36,195 nucleotides of DNA, from positions 1 to 36,195 of the IMG/VR virus record IMGVR_UViG_3300029686_000222. One strand, 5' to 3'. Of the stretch, positions 17,256-26,380 are shown piece after piece (the first letter of the stretch is position 1; each line of letters opens with the position of its first letter). This stretch comes from a virus (lineage: Duplodnaviria > Heunggongvirae > Uroviricota > Caudoviricetes). A program made the translations under genes and the position numbers. The notes under the pieces were generated by a model, which saw only the letters and a list, made by a program, of their open reading frames with translations, was not told where the DNA came from and ran no database searches.

Positions 17256-17969
17256 TTATCTCGTGCCGCCGTAATGCAGGCTGCGCAACTGCGCTTCCAG
17301 AATGCGGGTAAATTCAGCATCGCTGGCGCCCAGAAATGCGCGGGAGGGGATTTTGATTTCCCATACACGCTTTTTCTGCTCGCCTTTCAGAATGCTGATC
17401 ACCAGCCCGGCCTGCGCCATACTCATGTTTTCCATAATCCATTTCAGGGAGGGCTTTCTGCGTCCCCTGCGTCCGGTTTTTTTGCTGACCGCTCCGATGG
17501 GTGCCCGAAACCCCAGAGAAAGAAGCCGCTCCGCCTGCCGTCGTGTGGCGGGGCGGGTGCGCATGGCTTCGTTGTCCCGGCGCTTTGTGGCGCGGCCTTT
17601 GATGATTGCGCCATGCTGTTGTACCCATGCGACCGCCCCACCATGAGAGCCGGTGTTGTAATTCCCTTTTTTAAAGAAAAGGCGGACACTTTTCCCGTTG
17701 CCGTCAATCCTGATGGCCAGCAGTTTCGGCAGTCCCAGCAGCATTTTGTTTTTATACCTGCCGCTGGCTTTATCCGGTCTTTTTCGTGGTGCCCAGGCTG
17801 CCCCCTCCGGTGTTCGCTGTGCTTTCACATTGCGTCGAGCAGCCGGTATCAGGCCGTATTTCGCAATGCGAACCAGCAGCTTTCTGGCCTTTGCCGGTGG
17901 AAGTTCTGCCTCTCTGATGGCGCGACGAACCTGCCGGAGTTGTGACTCGTTAATCACGGGGCGCGTCAT
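17256..17969 (-). CDS. Virion morphogenesis / tail completion protein (P2 gpS-like), 237 aa
   Basis: Highly basic protein between the gpR-like and sheath genes; resembles the phage virion-morphogenesis (gpS) family. Confidence 0.55.
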   Translation of the reverse strand: MTRPVINESQLRQVRRAIREAELPPAKARKLLVRIAKYGLIPAARRNVKAQRTPEGAAWAPRKRPDKASGRYKNKMLLGLPKLLAIRIDGNGKSVRLFFKKGNYNTGSHGGAVAWVQQHGAIIKGRATKRRDNEAMRTRPATRRQAERLLSLGFRAPIGAVSKKTGRRGRRKPSLKWIMENMSMAQAGLVISILKGEQKKRVWEIKIPSRAFLGASDAEFTRILEAQLRSLHYGGTR

Positions 17970-18439
17970 GGCATCACCTGACAGTGAAGCTGATGCGCCT
18001 GAGCCACCCAGATTTCAGGTTTTTCCAGCCGGTAACGTTTCCCGCCTCTGGGGATGGGGCCGTTTTCGTCCTCAACCAGCGTGATGGGATCAACCAGCGG
18101 CAGACTGATTTCCAGCCATGCCACTTCATTTTCATCATCCGCTTCGACGTCAACGGCTGGCGCATCCGGTGCCAGGCGCTGGCGCAGGTCGCCGCCGTTA
18201 TCTGCCAGCCAGGCTTCAACCAGAGAAAACACCAAATCCGGATTGAGCTGACGATAGGGCCATGCGTCCCATCGCAGAAAGGCCGTATATTTTCGGACCT
18301 GCGTACATAACTGCCCGTGCCCCAGCGACTTCGTAAACGGAACGAGCGTGATATCATCCATGTCACTGGTGAACGGAATGCGTGCGCGTGCCGGCAGATT
18401 GTTTTCAATGAATGCCGTCAGGCTGGCGAGTTGCGTCAT
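17966..18439 (-). CDS. Tail completion protein (P2 gpR-like), 157 aa
   Basis: Local resemblance to P2 R (VEAWLADN versus P2 VLAWLREN); position directly after the head-completion gene. Confidence 0.5.
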   Translation of the reverse strand: MTQLASLTAFIENNLPARARIPFTSDMDDITLVPFTKSLGHGQLCTQVRKYTAFLRWDAWPYRQLNPDLVFSLVEAWLADNGGDLRQRLAPDAPAVDVEADDENEVAWLEISLPLVDPITLVEDENGPIPRGGKRYRLEKPEIWVAQAHQLHCQVMP

Positions 18440-18448
18440 ACCATTTCC

Positions 18449-18943
18449 TTAATCAATCAGTGCAATGGAGGCGCGCGGTCGGCCCAGCAGCGCCCGCACC
18501 GCCATGGCTGCTTCAGCCAGCAACGTCCGGCGGCTCTCGCTGGCTTCTGTTGATGACTGCGCCTCGCGCCGCCCCACGCTGGCAGATTCCGGCAAAAGAT
18601 CGGCCTTTGCGCGTGCATACACAGCCTTGGTGTACAGTGCTGTAATGTGGTTCTGCATCCGTTGAGGTTGTGCATCCGTGTTGCGCGGCTCTGGTTGCAA
18701 CACGGTGTAACCCGGAATATCAGTGGCCCGGATGTAGCCCTGTTCCTGCCAGTATTCACGGCGTGCAGCCAGTTCAGTGTTAATCTCTGTCACCGCGCAA
18801 AGCAGCGCCGTCAGCACCGTTTCGTGTGACGTGACGGCGGGGATACTGCGGCTCTTTTCAAAATCACCGGCATCAATATCCGGCCAGAATCCATCGTTCT
18901 GAATAATGGCCTGCTGATAGTGAATGCTTTTCCCGTCAAACAT
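18449..18943 (-). CDS. L: Capsid completion protein (P2 gpL-like), ~164 aa
   Basis: Synteny (follows the small terminase gene M); start taken at the ATG with GGAG RBS (MFDGKSIHY...). Confidence 0.6.
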   Translation of the reverse strand: MFDGKSIHYQQAIIQNDGFWPDIDAGDFEKSRSIPAVTSHETVLTALLCAVTEINTELAARREYWQEQGYIRATDIPGYTVLQPEPRNTDAQPQRMQNHITALYTKAVYARAKADLLPESASVGRREAQSSTEASESRRTLLAEAAMAVRALLGRPRASIALID

Positions 18944-19041
18944 GCTCACTCCGTGGAAAGGCGGACTGACCGGTTTCCGCAGTGTGCTGATGGCTTTTGC
19001 CGGCACACCTCCACCGCGCCCGCCCGGTTGTTGGGAGTCGT

Positions 19042-19752
19042 TTACGTGCCCTGCAACGCGCGCAGTCTTGCAGCAATGCGCTGGCGCAGGGTTTTCACCT
19101 GAATTTTTGGATGCAGCCAGGCAGCCCGCTCCAGATACTGATCAGCCTGTTGCAGTATCCCCGTATCATTAATTGCACTGGCCAGTGGTTTGCCGTCATC
19201 GCCGCGCAGCAGCTGGACGCCTGCAAAGCGCCAGTAGCGGGCAGCAAGATGTTCATTCACACGCCATTTGTCGCGGATTTTTTCAAACACCTGCTGAAAA
19301 TATGGCGCGATACTGTTCCCGCGTTCAGCTTCGGTTTCTGCCCATTCAAGAATGAAATGGGCCACAAACGTTGGCAGCTCGCTTTTGAAGTTCTCCGGCG
19401 TCTTCTGTCCCTGCTCAATGGCAATGTCAGTCCACCGCAGCGCCAGCTCAAACTGCCCGGTATCGAACAGCCAGATGATGCAGTACACCAGAATGGGATT
19501 CTGATAGACGCGTTCCCCCTCCAGATAAGCCTGTGCGTGTGGCAGCCAGCGGGGCAGCAGCGTGTTCCGCTTGAATTCCAGCTTGTCAGACAGCAGCTCC
19601 ATGTTGTGCAGTTGTCTGATGTCGTTATTCAGTGCCAGCAGCTTAATGTGCTGGCTCTCTGTACTGACAGCGCTCCCGTCCGTTCTGGTCATGAGTGCTG
19701 CACGGCGCTCATCCATCTGTCGGGCACGTTGTCGCTGCATTGGCGTTGGCAT
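19042..19752 (-). CDS. M: Terminase small (endonuclease) subunit, P2 gpM-like, 236 aa
   Basis: Synteny between N and L; family-level resemblance to P2 M. Confidence 0.75.
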   Translation of the reverse strand: MPTPMQRQRARQMDERRAALMTRTDGSAVSTESQHIKLLALNNDIRQLHNMELLSDKLEFKRNTLLPRWLPHAQAYLEGERVYQNPILVYCIIWLFDTGQFELALRWTDIAIEQGQKTPENFKSELPTFVAHFILEWAETEAERGNSIAPYFQQVFEKIRDKWRVNEHLAARYWRFAGVQLLRGDDGKPLASAINDTGILQQADQYLERAAWLHPKIQVKTLRQRIAARLRALQGT

Positions 19753-19769
19753 ACCGTGCGCTCCGTTTA

Positions 19770-20783
19770 TCAGGCGATGGTGACCGCAGACTCATCTACG
19801 GCAGCATATAAATCCGGATCGCCCAGGGCGTACCCCTCGTAACGCCAGTATGAGTTTTCGAACTGTTTGCGATCGCCCACATCTTCTGCTTTACGACGGC
19901 GGGAACCCTTCAGCGTCAGGATCTGCAGATTTGGCAGCATGGTCACCACCATACGCTTGCCCGGCATAAACGGTGGAATGATGGCCTTGCGGCCCGCAAT
20001 GTTCTTCGTCAGCAGCTGTGCGGCCACTTTTTCGGTAGGCTTGTCTTCTTTGTTGTAGAGGCGCAGCTCTTCGGCAGCCACAAGGTCAGCACCAACCAGC
20101 ACGGTAAGTCGCGGGTCGTTGTGATACTGCGCCGGGATGTAAGTGCGGATCAGATCTGACGCCATGGCGTCAAGGCCGACATAATCACCGCCTTCACCCA
20201 GGGTAACGGCATCCGTCAGGATGCGGGAGGTATTGCCGGGCTGTTTTCCCCACTTTTTGGCGATTTCATGCCAGCCGATGTTGACGTCTTCGCCGTTCGG
20301 GTGACTTTCCGGGTCAGAGTTTTCAGCAGCCTCTTTACCGTTAAAGCCAATGCGCAGCATGTCCAGCGCAAAGTTGGTGACGGCGGCGGAGTTCATCAGA
20401 TTGAAAAATTCCTGCGGGCTGCCGGCATTCGCCCAGATGGCGAGTTGTTCCCAGGTGATCACACAGCAGGAATCAGTTTCAACGAGTTTGAATTCGTTGC
20501 CTTTGATGCCAGAACCTTTGGCGAAACGACCACTTTTCACGCGACCGGTGCGCAGCGTGGATTCGCCCACGGTGACGACCTGCCCCTGCGGGTGCGGAAC
20601 ATCCATGCAGGTGGTGAAATTCAGAAATTCCGTGCTTTCCAGCAGGGCTTTACGCAGGGCAATGCTGCGTGGTTCGGTCAGGGAAAAAGTGCGATCGCCT
20701 GAGACAGCGCAGTCACTGAATGTTTTTTGCAGTTCGCTGAGGTACTGGTTAACCAGCTTTTGTGCTTCTGGTGTCATGTTCAT
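19770..20783 (-). CDS. N: Major capsid protein, P2 gpN-like, 337 aa
   Basis: Conserved blocks shared with P2 N (IGFNGKEAAENSDP.., GWHEIAKKW, GGDYVGLDAMASD); GGAGAG RBS. Confidence 0.9.
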   Translation of the reverse strand: MNMTPEAQKLVNQYLSELQKTFSDCAVSGDRTFSLTEPRSIALRKALLESTEFLNFTTCMDVPHPQGQVVTVGESTLRTGRVKSGRFAKGSGIKGNEFKLVETDSCCVITWEQLAIWANAGSPQEFFNLMNSAAVTNFALDMLRIGFNGKEAAENSDPESHPNGEDVNIGWHEIAKKWGKQPGNTSRILTDAVTLGEGGDYVGLDAMASDLIRTYIPAQYHNDPRLTVLVGADLVAAEELRLYNKEDKPTEKVAAQLLTKNIAGRKAIIPPFMPGKRMVVTMLPNLQILTLKGSRRRKAEDVGDRKQFENSYWRYEGYALGDPDLYAAVDESAVTIA

Positions 20784-20797
20784 TGCGTTCTCTCCGG

Positions 20798-21688
20798 TTA
20801 CACCAGGTTAAAAGTTTCGCCACCGGCCGGATTGTTACCCGGCAGCTTCGTGGCATCCTTGCTGAGTTCAGCAAATGCGGTTTCCATACTGGTGACCTTC
20901 TCCGCGATGGCGTTCACCGTGGAGAACAGCTTTTCGCCCTGCTCAGTAGTCAGCATGAAGGTTTTCTCGTCCTTGTTGTTCTGTTCTGCGTTGTCCTGCC
21001 CCTGATCGCCGGCGCTGCCTTCCGGCTTGTTATCACCGGTATCTTTCGTGGCATCCTTCGCGCTGAACTGCGCGACGTTTTCTTCCAGTTTGTCCAGACG
21101 TTCGCCGGTTTTGTTGATGGCGTCCATCAACTGACCGAACTGCTTTTCGTTCATATCGTTTTCCTGTTTGTCGCGTCCCATGGAGAAAAGACCGGAAAAG
21201 AAACTGCGTTTGGCCTGCTCGTCGTCAGATTGCAGCGTGAAATTCAGTTCTTCCGCATTCCCCATGTGAATGGAATCTCCCTGCGAAAATTGCAGGCGGG
21301 TGGTGTTGATGCTGGCCGGTGTGTCAGTCACGGCGATGCCGGATACAAAGAATTTGCCTGTCCCCAGGTAGTTTTCCTTTACCTCTATGGAGGTGAAAAG
21401 TTTTTGTCCGGCCTCGTTGGCTTCGGTCAGAAAGCGGTTGGGTATCAGGCGGGCTTTCAGTTGCACTTTATCACCGGCTTTTTCTGCCTTCAGTGCATCA
21501 ACAAGACCATAGTTATTGGTGAAAGCACGCCAGCCGGCGCTGGCATGAAACGGCCAGAGCATGGCAGTGTGTTCGTCCGGGTTATAAACCTCGGCGGCAT
21601 CCGTCAGCCACTTTGGATCAATTTCCCGACCGTCGATAGTGGGGCCTGAAGTGGCTACGACCACCCAGTCTGTTTTCAGTTTCGACAT
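20798..21688 (-). CDS. O: Capsid scaffolding protein, P2 gpO-like, 296 aa
   Basis: N-terminal protease-like region and acidic coiled-coil C-terminus; synteny upstream of N and divergent from P. Confidence 0.85.
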   Translation of the reverse strand: MSKLKTDWVVVATSGPTIDGREIDPKWLTDAAEVYNPDEHTAMLWPFHASAGWRAFTNNYGLVDALKAEKAGDKVQLKARLIPNRFLTEANEAGQKLFTSIEVKENYLGTGKFFVSGIAVTDTPASINTTRLQFSQGDSIHMGNAEELNFTLQSDDEQAKRSFFSGLFSMGRDKQENDMNEKQFGQLMDAINKTGERLDKLEENVAQFSAKDATKDTGDNKPEGSAGDQGQDNAEQNNKDEKTFMLTTEQGEKLFSTVNAIAEKVTSMETAFAELSKDATKLPGNNPAGGETFNLV

Positions 21689-21770
21689 CTGAATTAACCC
21701 GCTGATAAAAATTAACTGAGCGTTATTTAAGTGGGAAATAAAAAAGCCGTCACCTGATTAATTTCCGGTG

Positions 21771-21798
21771 TTTTCGGATATACGCATATATCCGAAAA
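21771..21798. promoter_or_regulatory. Perfect 12-bp inverted repeat in the divergent late-promoter region between O and P
   Basis: TTTTCGGATATA-cgca-TATATCCGAAAA, centred in the 194-bp O/P intergenic region. Confidence 0.4.
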
Positions 21799-21882
21799 AT
21801 ACCGAAACGCGATATTCGTTTTTAAAAAGGCCTTTACTGAAAATGCATAAATTAAAATGGCATCAGCAGAGATTGATTATTT

Positions 21883-23670
21883 ATGGCGTACTCTGATGAA
21901 GTGATTGCTGCAGCAAAATCACTCTACCTGAAAAGGCACACCCCAAAAGAAATACAAAAGAAGCTCGGACTGAACAGCCCGCGAATTGTTTATTACTGGG
22001 CGACAAAGTTTGAGTGGTACACGCAGCTCAATACGGAAGGCGTGGAAGATGTTATCGCCCGGCGTCTCGCTGTACTGGCGGAACGTGACCATAAGACCCA
22101 GGAAGAACACGATGAGCTTGATCGCCTGATTGGTCATCACGTCAAACTGATGTCGGTCAGAAACAAGCACACGGAACGAATGGCTGAGATTGCGCGAATG
22201 GGAGTGGACATTCCCCAGCCTGGCTGTTATGGAAAAGAAGAACGCGGAGAAAAAGGTGCAGGCAAGAAAGAGCGTCCCCGCAAAACTAATGACGTTTCCG
22301 GATTGACTGCTGAAAGTTTTGAGCCGTTTACCAAAAAACTGTTCGCTTATCAGTTGCATCTGCGTAAAAACAAATCCCACCGTGTACGCAACCTGCTTAA
22401 ATCCCGTCAGATTGGGGCAACGTATTACTTTGCGTTTGAGGCGTTTGAAGATGCGGTATTAACCGGCGACACACAGATATTTTTATCGGCATCAAAACGT
22501 CAGGCCGAAGTGTTCCGTACTTATATTGTAAAAATTGCACAAACAGAGTTTGGCATTCCCATTAAAGGCAATCCGGTTAAGTTAAGTAATCTGGCTGAAC
22601 TGTATTTTCTGGCGACCAACAGCAACACGGCACAGTCAAACAGCGGCCACCTGTACATTGACGAATACCTGTGGATCCCCGGTTTTCGCCGTCTCAATGA
22701 AGTGGCGTCAGGGATGGCCACCCATAAACACTGGCGCATTACCTATTTCTCCACGCCGTCATCCAAAACACACCAGGGCTACCCGTTCTGGTCTGGCGAT
22801 GAATGGCGCAAAGGCGACCCGAAACGAAAAGGGGTTGAGTTTCCGTCTTTTGATGAACTGCGCGATGGCGGGCGTGAATGCCCGGATGGCCAGTGGCGCT
22901 ATGTGGTGACAATGGAAGATGCTATTGCCGGCGGCTTTAACCTTGCTGACATCAACGAGCTGCGCGAGCGGTACAACGAAACAGCGTTCAATATGCTGTA
23001 TATGTGCGTGTTTGTGGATGACAAAGAGAGCGTCTTTAAATTCGATGACCTCGTGCGCTGTGGCGTTGATGTCAGTACGTGGGAGGATTTTCACCCGGAA
23101 GATGCCATGCCATTTGGAAACCGTGAAGTGTGGGGAGGCTTTGACCCTGCGCGCTCCGGCGATAACGCCACGTTTGTGGTGCTGGCACCGCCGCTGGTTG
23201 CGGCAGAACGATTCCGCGTGCTGGAAAAACACCACTGGCGCAGCATGTCATTTCAGTTTATGGCAGAGCGTATCCGCAGCATTAAGGCGCGCTATAACAT
23301 GACGTTTATCGGCATTGATGTTACCGGGCTTGGCTATGGTGTCTTTGAGCTGGTTCAGGGATTTGCCCGCCGTGAAACAGTGGCCATTCATTACAGCGTT
23401 GAATCCAAAAACCGCCTGGTGATGAAGATGCTGGATCTGATTTACGCCAACCGTATTGAGTGGGATGAGGAAGCCACAGATATTCCGGCATCGTTCCTGG
23501 CCATTCGTCAGGAGTCCACCAACAGTGGTAATAAAGTCACCTTCACCGCCGAACGTAGCGAAGAAACCGGGCACGCTGACATCTTCTTTGCCATAGCTCA
23601 TGCCGCAAGTAATGAACCCCTGAACTATAGGCACAAGCGCAAATCAACATGGATCCTGCCAGATGAGTAA
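21883..23670 (+). CDS. P: Terminase large (ATPase) subunit, P2 gpP-like, 595 aa
   Basis: Length, ATPase-like region and synteny with Q; family-level similarity to P2 P. Confidence 0.9.
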   Translation: MAYSDEVIAAAKSLYLKRHTPKEIQKKLGLNSPRIVYYWATKFEWYTQLNTEGVEDVIARRLAVLAERDHKTQEEHDELDRLIGHHVKLMSVRNKHTERMAEIARMGVDIPQPGCYGKEERGEKGAGKKERPRKTNDVSGLTAESFEPFTKKLFAYQLHLRKNKSHRVRNLLKSRQIGATYYFAFEAFEDAVLTGDTQIFLSASKRQAEVFRTYIVKIAQTEFGIPIKGNPVKLSNLAELYFLATNSNTAQSNSGHLYIDEYLWIPGFRRLNEVASGMATHKHWRITYFSTPSSKTHQGYPFWSGDEWRKGDPKRKGVEFPSFDELRDGGRECPDGQWRYVVTMEDAIAGGFNLADINELRERYNETAFNMLYMCVFVDDKESVFKFDDLVRCGVDVSTWEDFHPEDAMPFGNREVWGGFDPARSGDNATFVVLAPPLVAAERFRVLEKHHWRSMSFQFMAERIRSIKARYNMTFIGIDVTGLGYGVFELVQGFARRETVAIHYSVESKNRLVMKMLDLIYANRIEWDEEATDIPASFLAIRQESTNSGNKVTFTAERSEETGHADIFFAIAHAASNEPLNYRHKRKSTWILPDE

Positions 23671-24697
23671 AAAGAAGAAATATTCTGTGACACACGATGC
23701 CGGAGCAAAAAAAACGGCCGGCAAAATGACGTTTATTGAATTTGGTGACCCCGAACCGGTTGCTGCATGGGGCTGTTATTACGGCTCGCTGTGGGATGGT
23801 TATAACGGCTGGTACACGCCGCCCATTGAGCGCATGGATCTCGCCATGTTGTCCAATATCGCGCCGTATCACGGCGCAGTATTGCGTGCCCGCGTGAATA
23901 TGATTATGCAGGGTTTTCGGGGCGGTGGGGGTATGACACACGCCGCCATGGCGGCAGCAGTGACCAATCTGCTGATATTCGGGGATATGGGGCTGCTTAA
24001 AATACGTAACGGCTTCGGTCGGGTGGTGCGTCTGCATACGTTGCCTTCTCTGTATCTGCGGCGTAACAACGAGGGAGGCACGGTGATTGTGCAGGCGGCA
24101 CTGGAAGATCTCGTGTATCCGCCAGGCGAAGTGGTGTTCGTGGCAATTTATGACCCGCAACAGCAGGTTTACGGTGTCCCGGATTATATCCACGGGATGG
24201 AATCCGCCATGCTGAATGTGGATGCCACCCGCTTTCGTCGCAAGTATTACAAGAACGGCGCACATCTCGGTTATATCCTGTATTCCACTGACCCGGATAT
24301 GACTCCCGAGCTCGAGGCGGAATTCCGTAAAAAGATAGAGGGGTCAAAAGGGGCGGGCAATTTTAAATCCATGTTCATCAATATACCGGGCGGAGACAAA
24401 GAAGGCGTTAAGGTGATCCCTATCGGGGATTCAGGTACAAAAGATGAGTTCCTGAATATAAAAACCATCAGTGCCCAGGATCAGCTCGTGGCACACCGTT
24501 TTCCACCCGGACTTGCCGGCATCATTCCCGCAAATACGGCCGGGCTTGGTGACCCACTGAAATCCCGCGAGGCATATTACAGGGATGAGGTTATCCCGAT
24601 GCGCCGCCTGATTATGGAGGGGATCAACAGCGACCCGGATATCAGACGACTGGGGGAGGTAAAATTTATTCTTGATTTTGATGAACCCATGGAGTGA
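23663..24697 (+). CDS. Q: Portal protein, P2 gpQ-like, 344 aa
   Basis: Overlaps the P stop by 8 nt; P2 Q-family resemblance and synteny. Confidence 0.9.
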   Translation: MSKKKKYSVTHDAGAKKTAGKMTFIEFGDPEPVAAWGCYYGSLWDGYNGWYTPPIERMDLAMLSNIAPYHGAVLRARVNMIMQGFRGGGGMTHAAMAAAVTNLLIFGDMGLLKIRNGFGRVVRLHTLPSLYLRRNNEGGTVIVQAALEDLVYPPGEVVFVAIYDPQQQVYGVPDYIHGMESAMLNVDATRFRRKYYKNGAHLGYILYSTDPDMTPELEAEFRKKIEGSKGAGNFKSMFINIPGGDKEGVKVIPIGDSGTKDEFLNIKTISAQDQLVAHRFPPGLAGIIPANTAGLGDPLKSREAYYRDEVIPMRRLIMEGINSDPDIRRLGEVKFILDFDEPME

Positions 24698-24762
24698 TGT
24701 GCGGTATGGGGAAAGAGCGGGTAAAATCGGCGGCAGTAAAACGCTGTTCCGGGAGGTGGAAA

Positions 24763-25020
24763 ATGCGCAGACAGAAAGCGCGATGTCATTGCTGCGGTGC
24801 ACATGCAGTGATTGAGAAAACAGCCTGGAAAACCGATCAGTTTGCTGATGTGTATTACCGTTGCACCCGTCTCGAGTGCGGACATACCTGGGTGATGAAT
24901 CTGACCTACTCGCACACACTGGTGCCCAGCGGGCTGGATAACGGCGTGTTAAAGCTGTTGATTGAACGGATGCGCCCGGAAGAAAAACAAATGGCGCTGG
25001 AGTTGTTGCAGGCGGGTTAG
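24763..25020 (+). CDS. Ogr/Delta-family zinc-finger late-gene activator-like protein (85 aa)
   Basis: Start at the ATG with GGGAGGTGG RBS. Cys pattern C-x2-C ... C-x4-C with HA-x-H spacing (ARCHCCGAHAV...YYRCTRLECGHTW) parallels P2 Ogr (CPLCQHAAHA...YHQCQNVNC). Confidence 0.6.
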   Translation: MRRQKARCHCCGAHAVIEKTAWKTDQFADVYYRCTRLECGHTWVMNLTYSHTLVPSGLDNGVLKLLIERMRPEEKQMALELLQAG

Positions 25021-25260
25021 TGGGTTTTTTGGGAGAAGATTGTGCCAACCTCTCAGCTGGCGTGGTTGGAGTCCCAGTCTGACGACGAAGTGACCAACTA
25101 GGCGGTATCAGCTTTTTTGGGAGCCGCCTCTGAATCCCCAAAATCTTAAATACAGTCTGCGAGCGAAAAATAACGTTTGATGCACTTAAATTCAACGATA
25201 AACGTATTTGCGATGTGGGTTCACCCTGGCTACGGCGACTGACGCGCTTCGCTTGTCCAA

Positions 25261-25308
25261 CCCGGAACGGGCGCACAAAGAATTTGCGCACCCGTTCCGG
25301 GTTTTCTT
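25261..25308 (+). terminator. Large inverted repeat with T-run downstream of the P-Q-ogr-like operon
   Basis: CCCGGAACGG ... CCGTTCCGGG 10-bp perfect stem around a 21-nt loop, followed by TTTTCTT; lies in the presumed cos region. Confidence 0.4.
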
Positions 25309-25359
25309 ATTCAACGGCAGACAACTGATAATCTGCGTCTTCCTGTGGGCTGGGCAGCT

Positions 25360-25566
25360 CTAAATACGCTTCACAATACCCACAAGATTACTAGGGGACA
25401 GTTCTGCTGTGCGTTTAATATCGTCCACTATGTACGATGCATGTTCACGGTTAATCGCATAGATATAAAATGAGTACTTCCGTTCATCTGCCATAAAGTC
25501 GACAGAAAATAATTTCCATGTACGCCCCTCGACTTCAACCTGTAACGGCATATTTATTCCGCTCAC
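25360..25566 (-). CDS. Hypothetical small protein (68 aa) in the tin/old-equivalent hotspot
   Basis: GTG start with AAGGAG RBS 8 nt upstream; no recognised motif. Confidence 0.5.
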   Translation of the reverse strand: MSGINMPLQVEVEGRTWKLFSVDFMADERKYSFYIYAINREHASYIVDDIKRTAELSPSNLVGIVKRI

Positions 25567-25592
25567 GCATAGTCTCCTTTTGAAAATTCTAA

Positions 25593-25970
25593 TTAAATAT
25601 TTTCGTTACGAAGCATGGCTGCGCGGCAGGCGTTCCAGCCTGTAGCGTATGCAGCCGCTTTGCTGCTGCCTTCAACTGGCGCATCCTGCCAATACATTTC
25701 ATCCGGCACTACCGGTGCTGGCAGCTCGCGATACAGCGGGATTACACGACGCGAGTCTGCGTATTTATCTGGCGGACACTGAAATATCTCACCAAAACCA
25801 TACTCCCTGACATCTTGCAGTTCCTCGTCATCAGTCCATGCCACCGGTTCTGCTTCCAGCGAGGCTAACGCTATTTCATAAGCCCGGCGCTCAATATTGT
25901 CTCGCACGTCCAGGCTGCCTATGCGCTCTTTGATTTCTTTAATCAGTTCTTTGTCGGTGAAAGTTGTCAT
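25593..25970 (-). CDS. Hypothetical acidic protein (125 aa) in the tin/old-equivalent hotspot
   Basis: ATG with RBS; C-terminal AYATGWNACRAAML block seems familiar from phage accessory proteins, but no family could be assigned from memory. Confidence 0.55.
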   Translation of the reverse strand: MTTFTDKELIKEIKERIGSLDVRDNIERRAYEIALASLEAEPVAWTDDEELQDVREYGFGEIFQCPPDKYADSRRVIPLYRELPAPVVPDEMYWQDAPVEGSSKAAAYATGWNACRAAMLRNENI

Positions 25971-26064
25971 GTGTTAGTCCTTATTCTGCTGTGCTTTCAA
26001 CTGATGAGGGGAACAAAATCGTTTCAGTGCGTTGGCATCAGGGCGGATGCGCCCTGATGTTGTG

Positions 26065-26376
26065 TTATTCGGGAAATAACGCCCGGATATTCCCGGCCAT
26101 CTGGCTGGTTATCTGTGTGGTTGGCGTTGGAGGTGTCGCAGGGCGTTCTGCTCTGGTTTGTGTCACTGATAACGCTTCATCATCAGCCCATGCAGCCAGT
26201 CGGTAAGCCTCTGCCGGATTCATTTTCAGAAGTGCCAGCCCGGCCAGAAAAGCCACGCGTTGGCCGCTTTTGCGGGCTTCTGGTGTAAGGCTGTCCAGCC
26301 AGGCGCATGCTTCGCCTTCGTTCTTGACGGCGGCGGGCTTCAGATAGAAACTTATCCGTCTGGTTGGTGTCGTCAT
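26065..26376 (-). CDS. parR: ParR-like plasmid partition adaptor (DNA-binding), ~103 aa
   Basis: RRISFYLKPAAVKNEGEACAWLDSLTPEARKSGQRVAFLAGLALL aligns with plasmid R1 ParR (RRTIAFKLNPDVNQTDKIVCDTLDSIPQGERSRLNRAALTAGLAL); AAGGAG RBS; 4 bp after the parM stop. Confidence 0.8.
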   Translation of the reverse strand: MTTPTRRISFYLKPAAVKNEGEACAWLDSLTPEARKSGQRVAFLAGLALLKMNPAEAYRLAAWADDEALSVTQTRAERPATPPTPTTQITSQMAGNIRALFPE

Positions 26377-26380
26377 TGGT

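Noticed and set aside
17106-17945. 279-aa plus-strand ORF, and the similar antisense ORFs at 18997-19842 and 20762-21649
   Set aside because: Each lies antisense within a well-supported structural gene (S-like, M, O) and has mirror-frame composition; no independent support.
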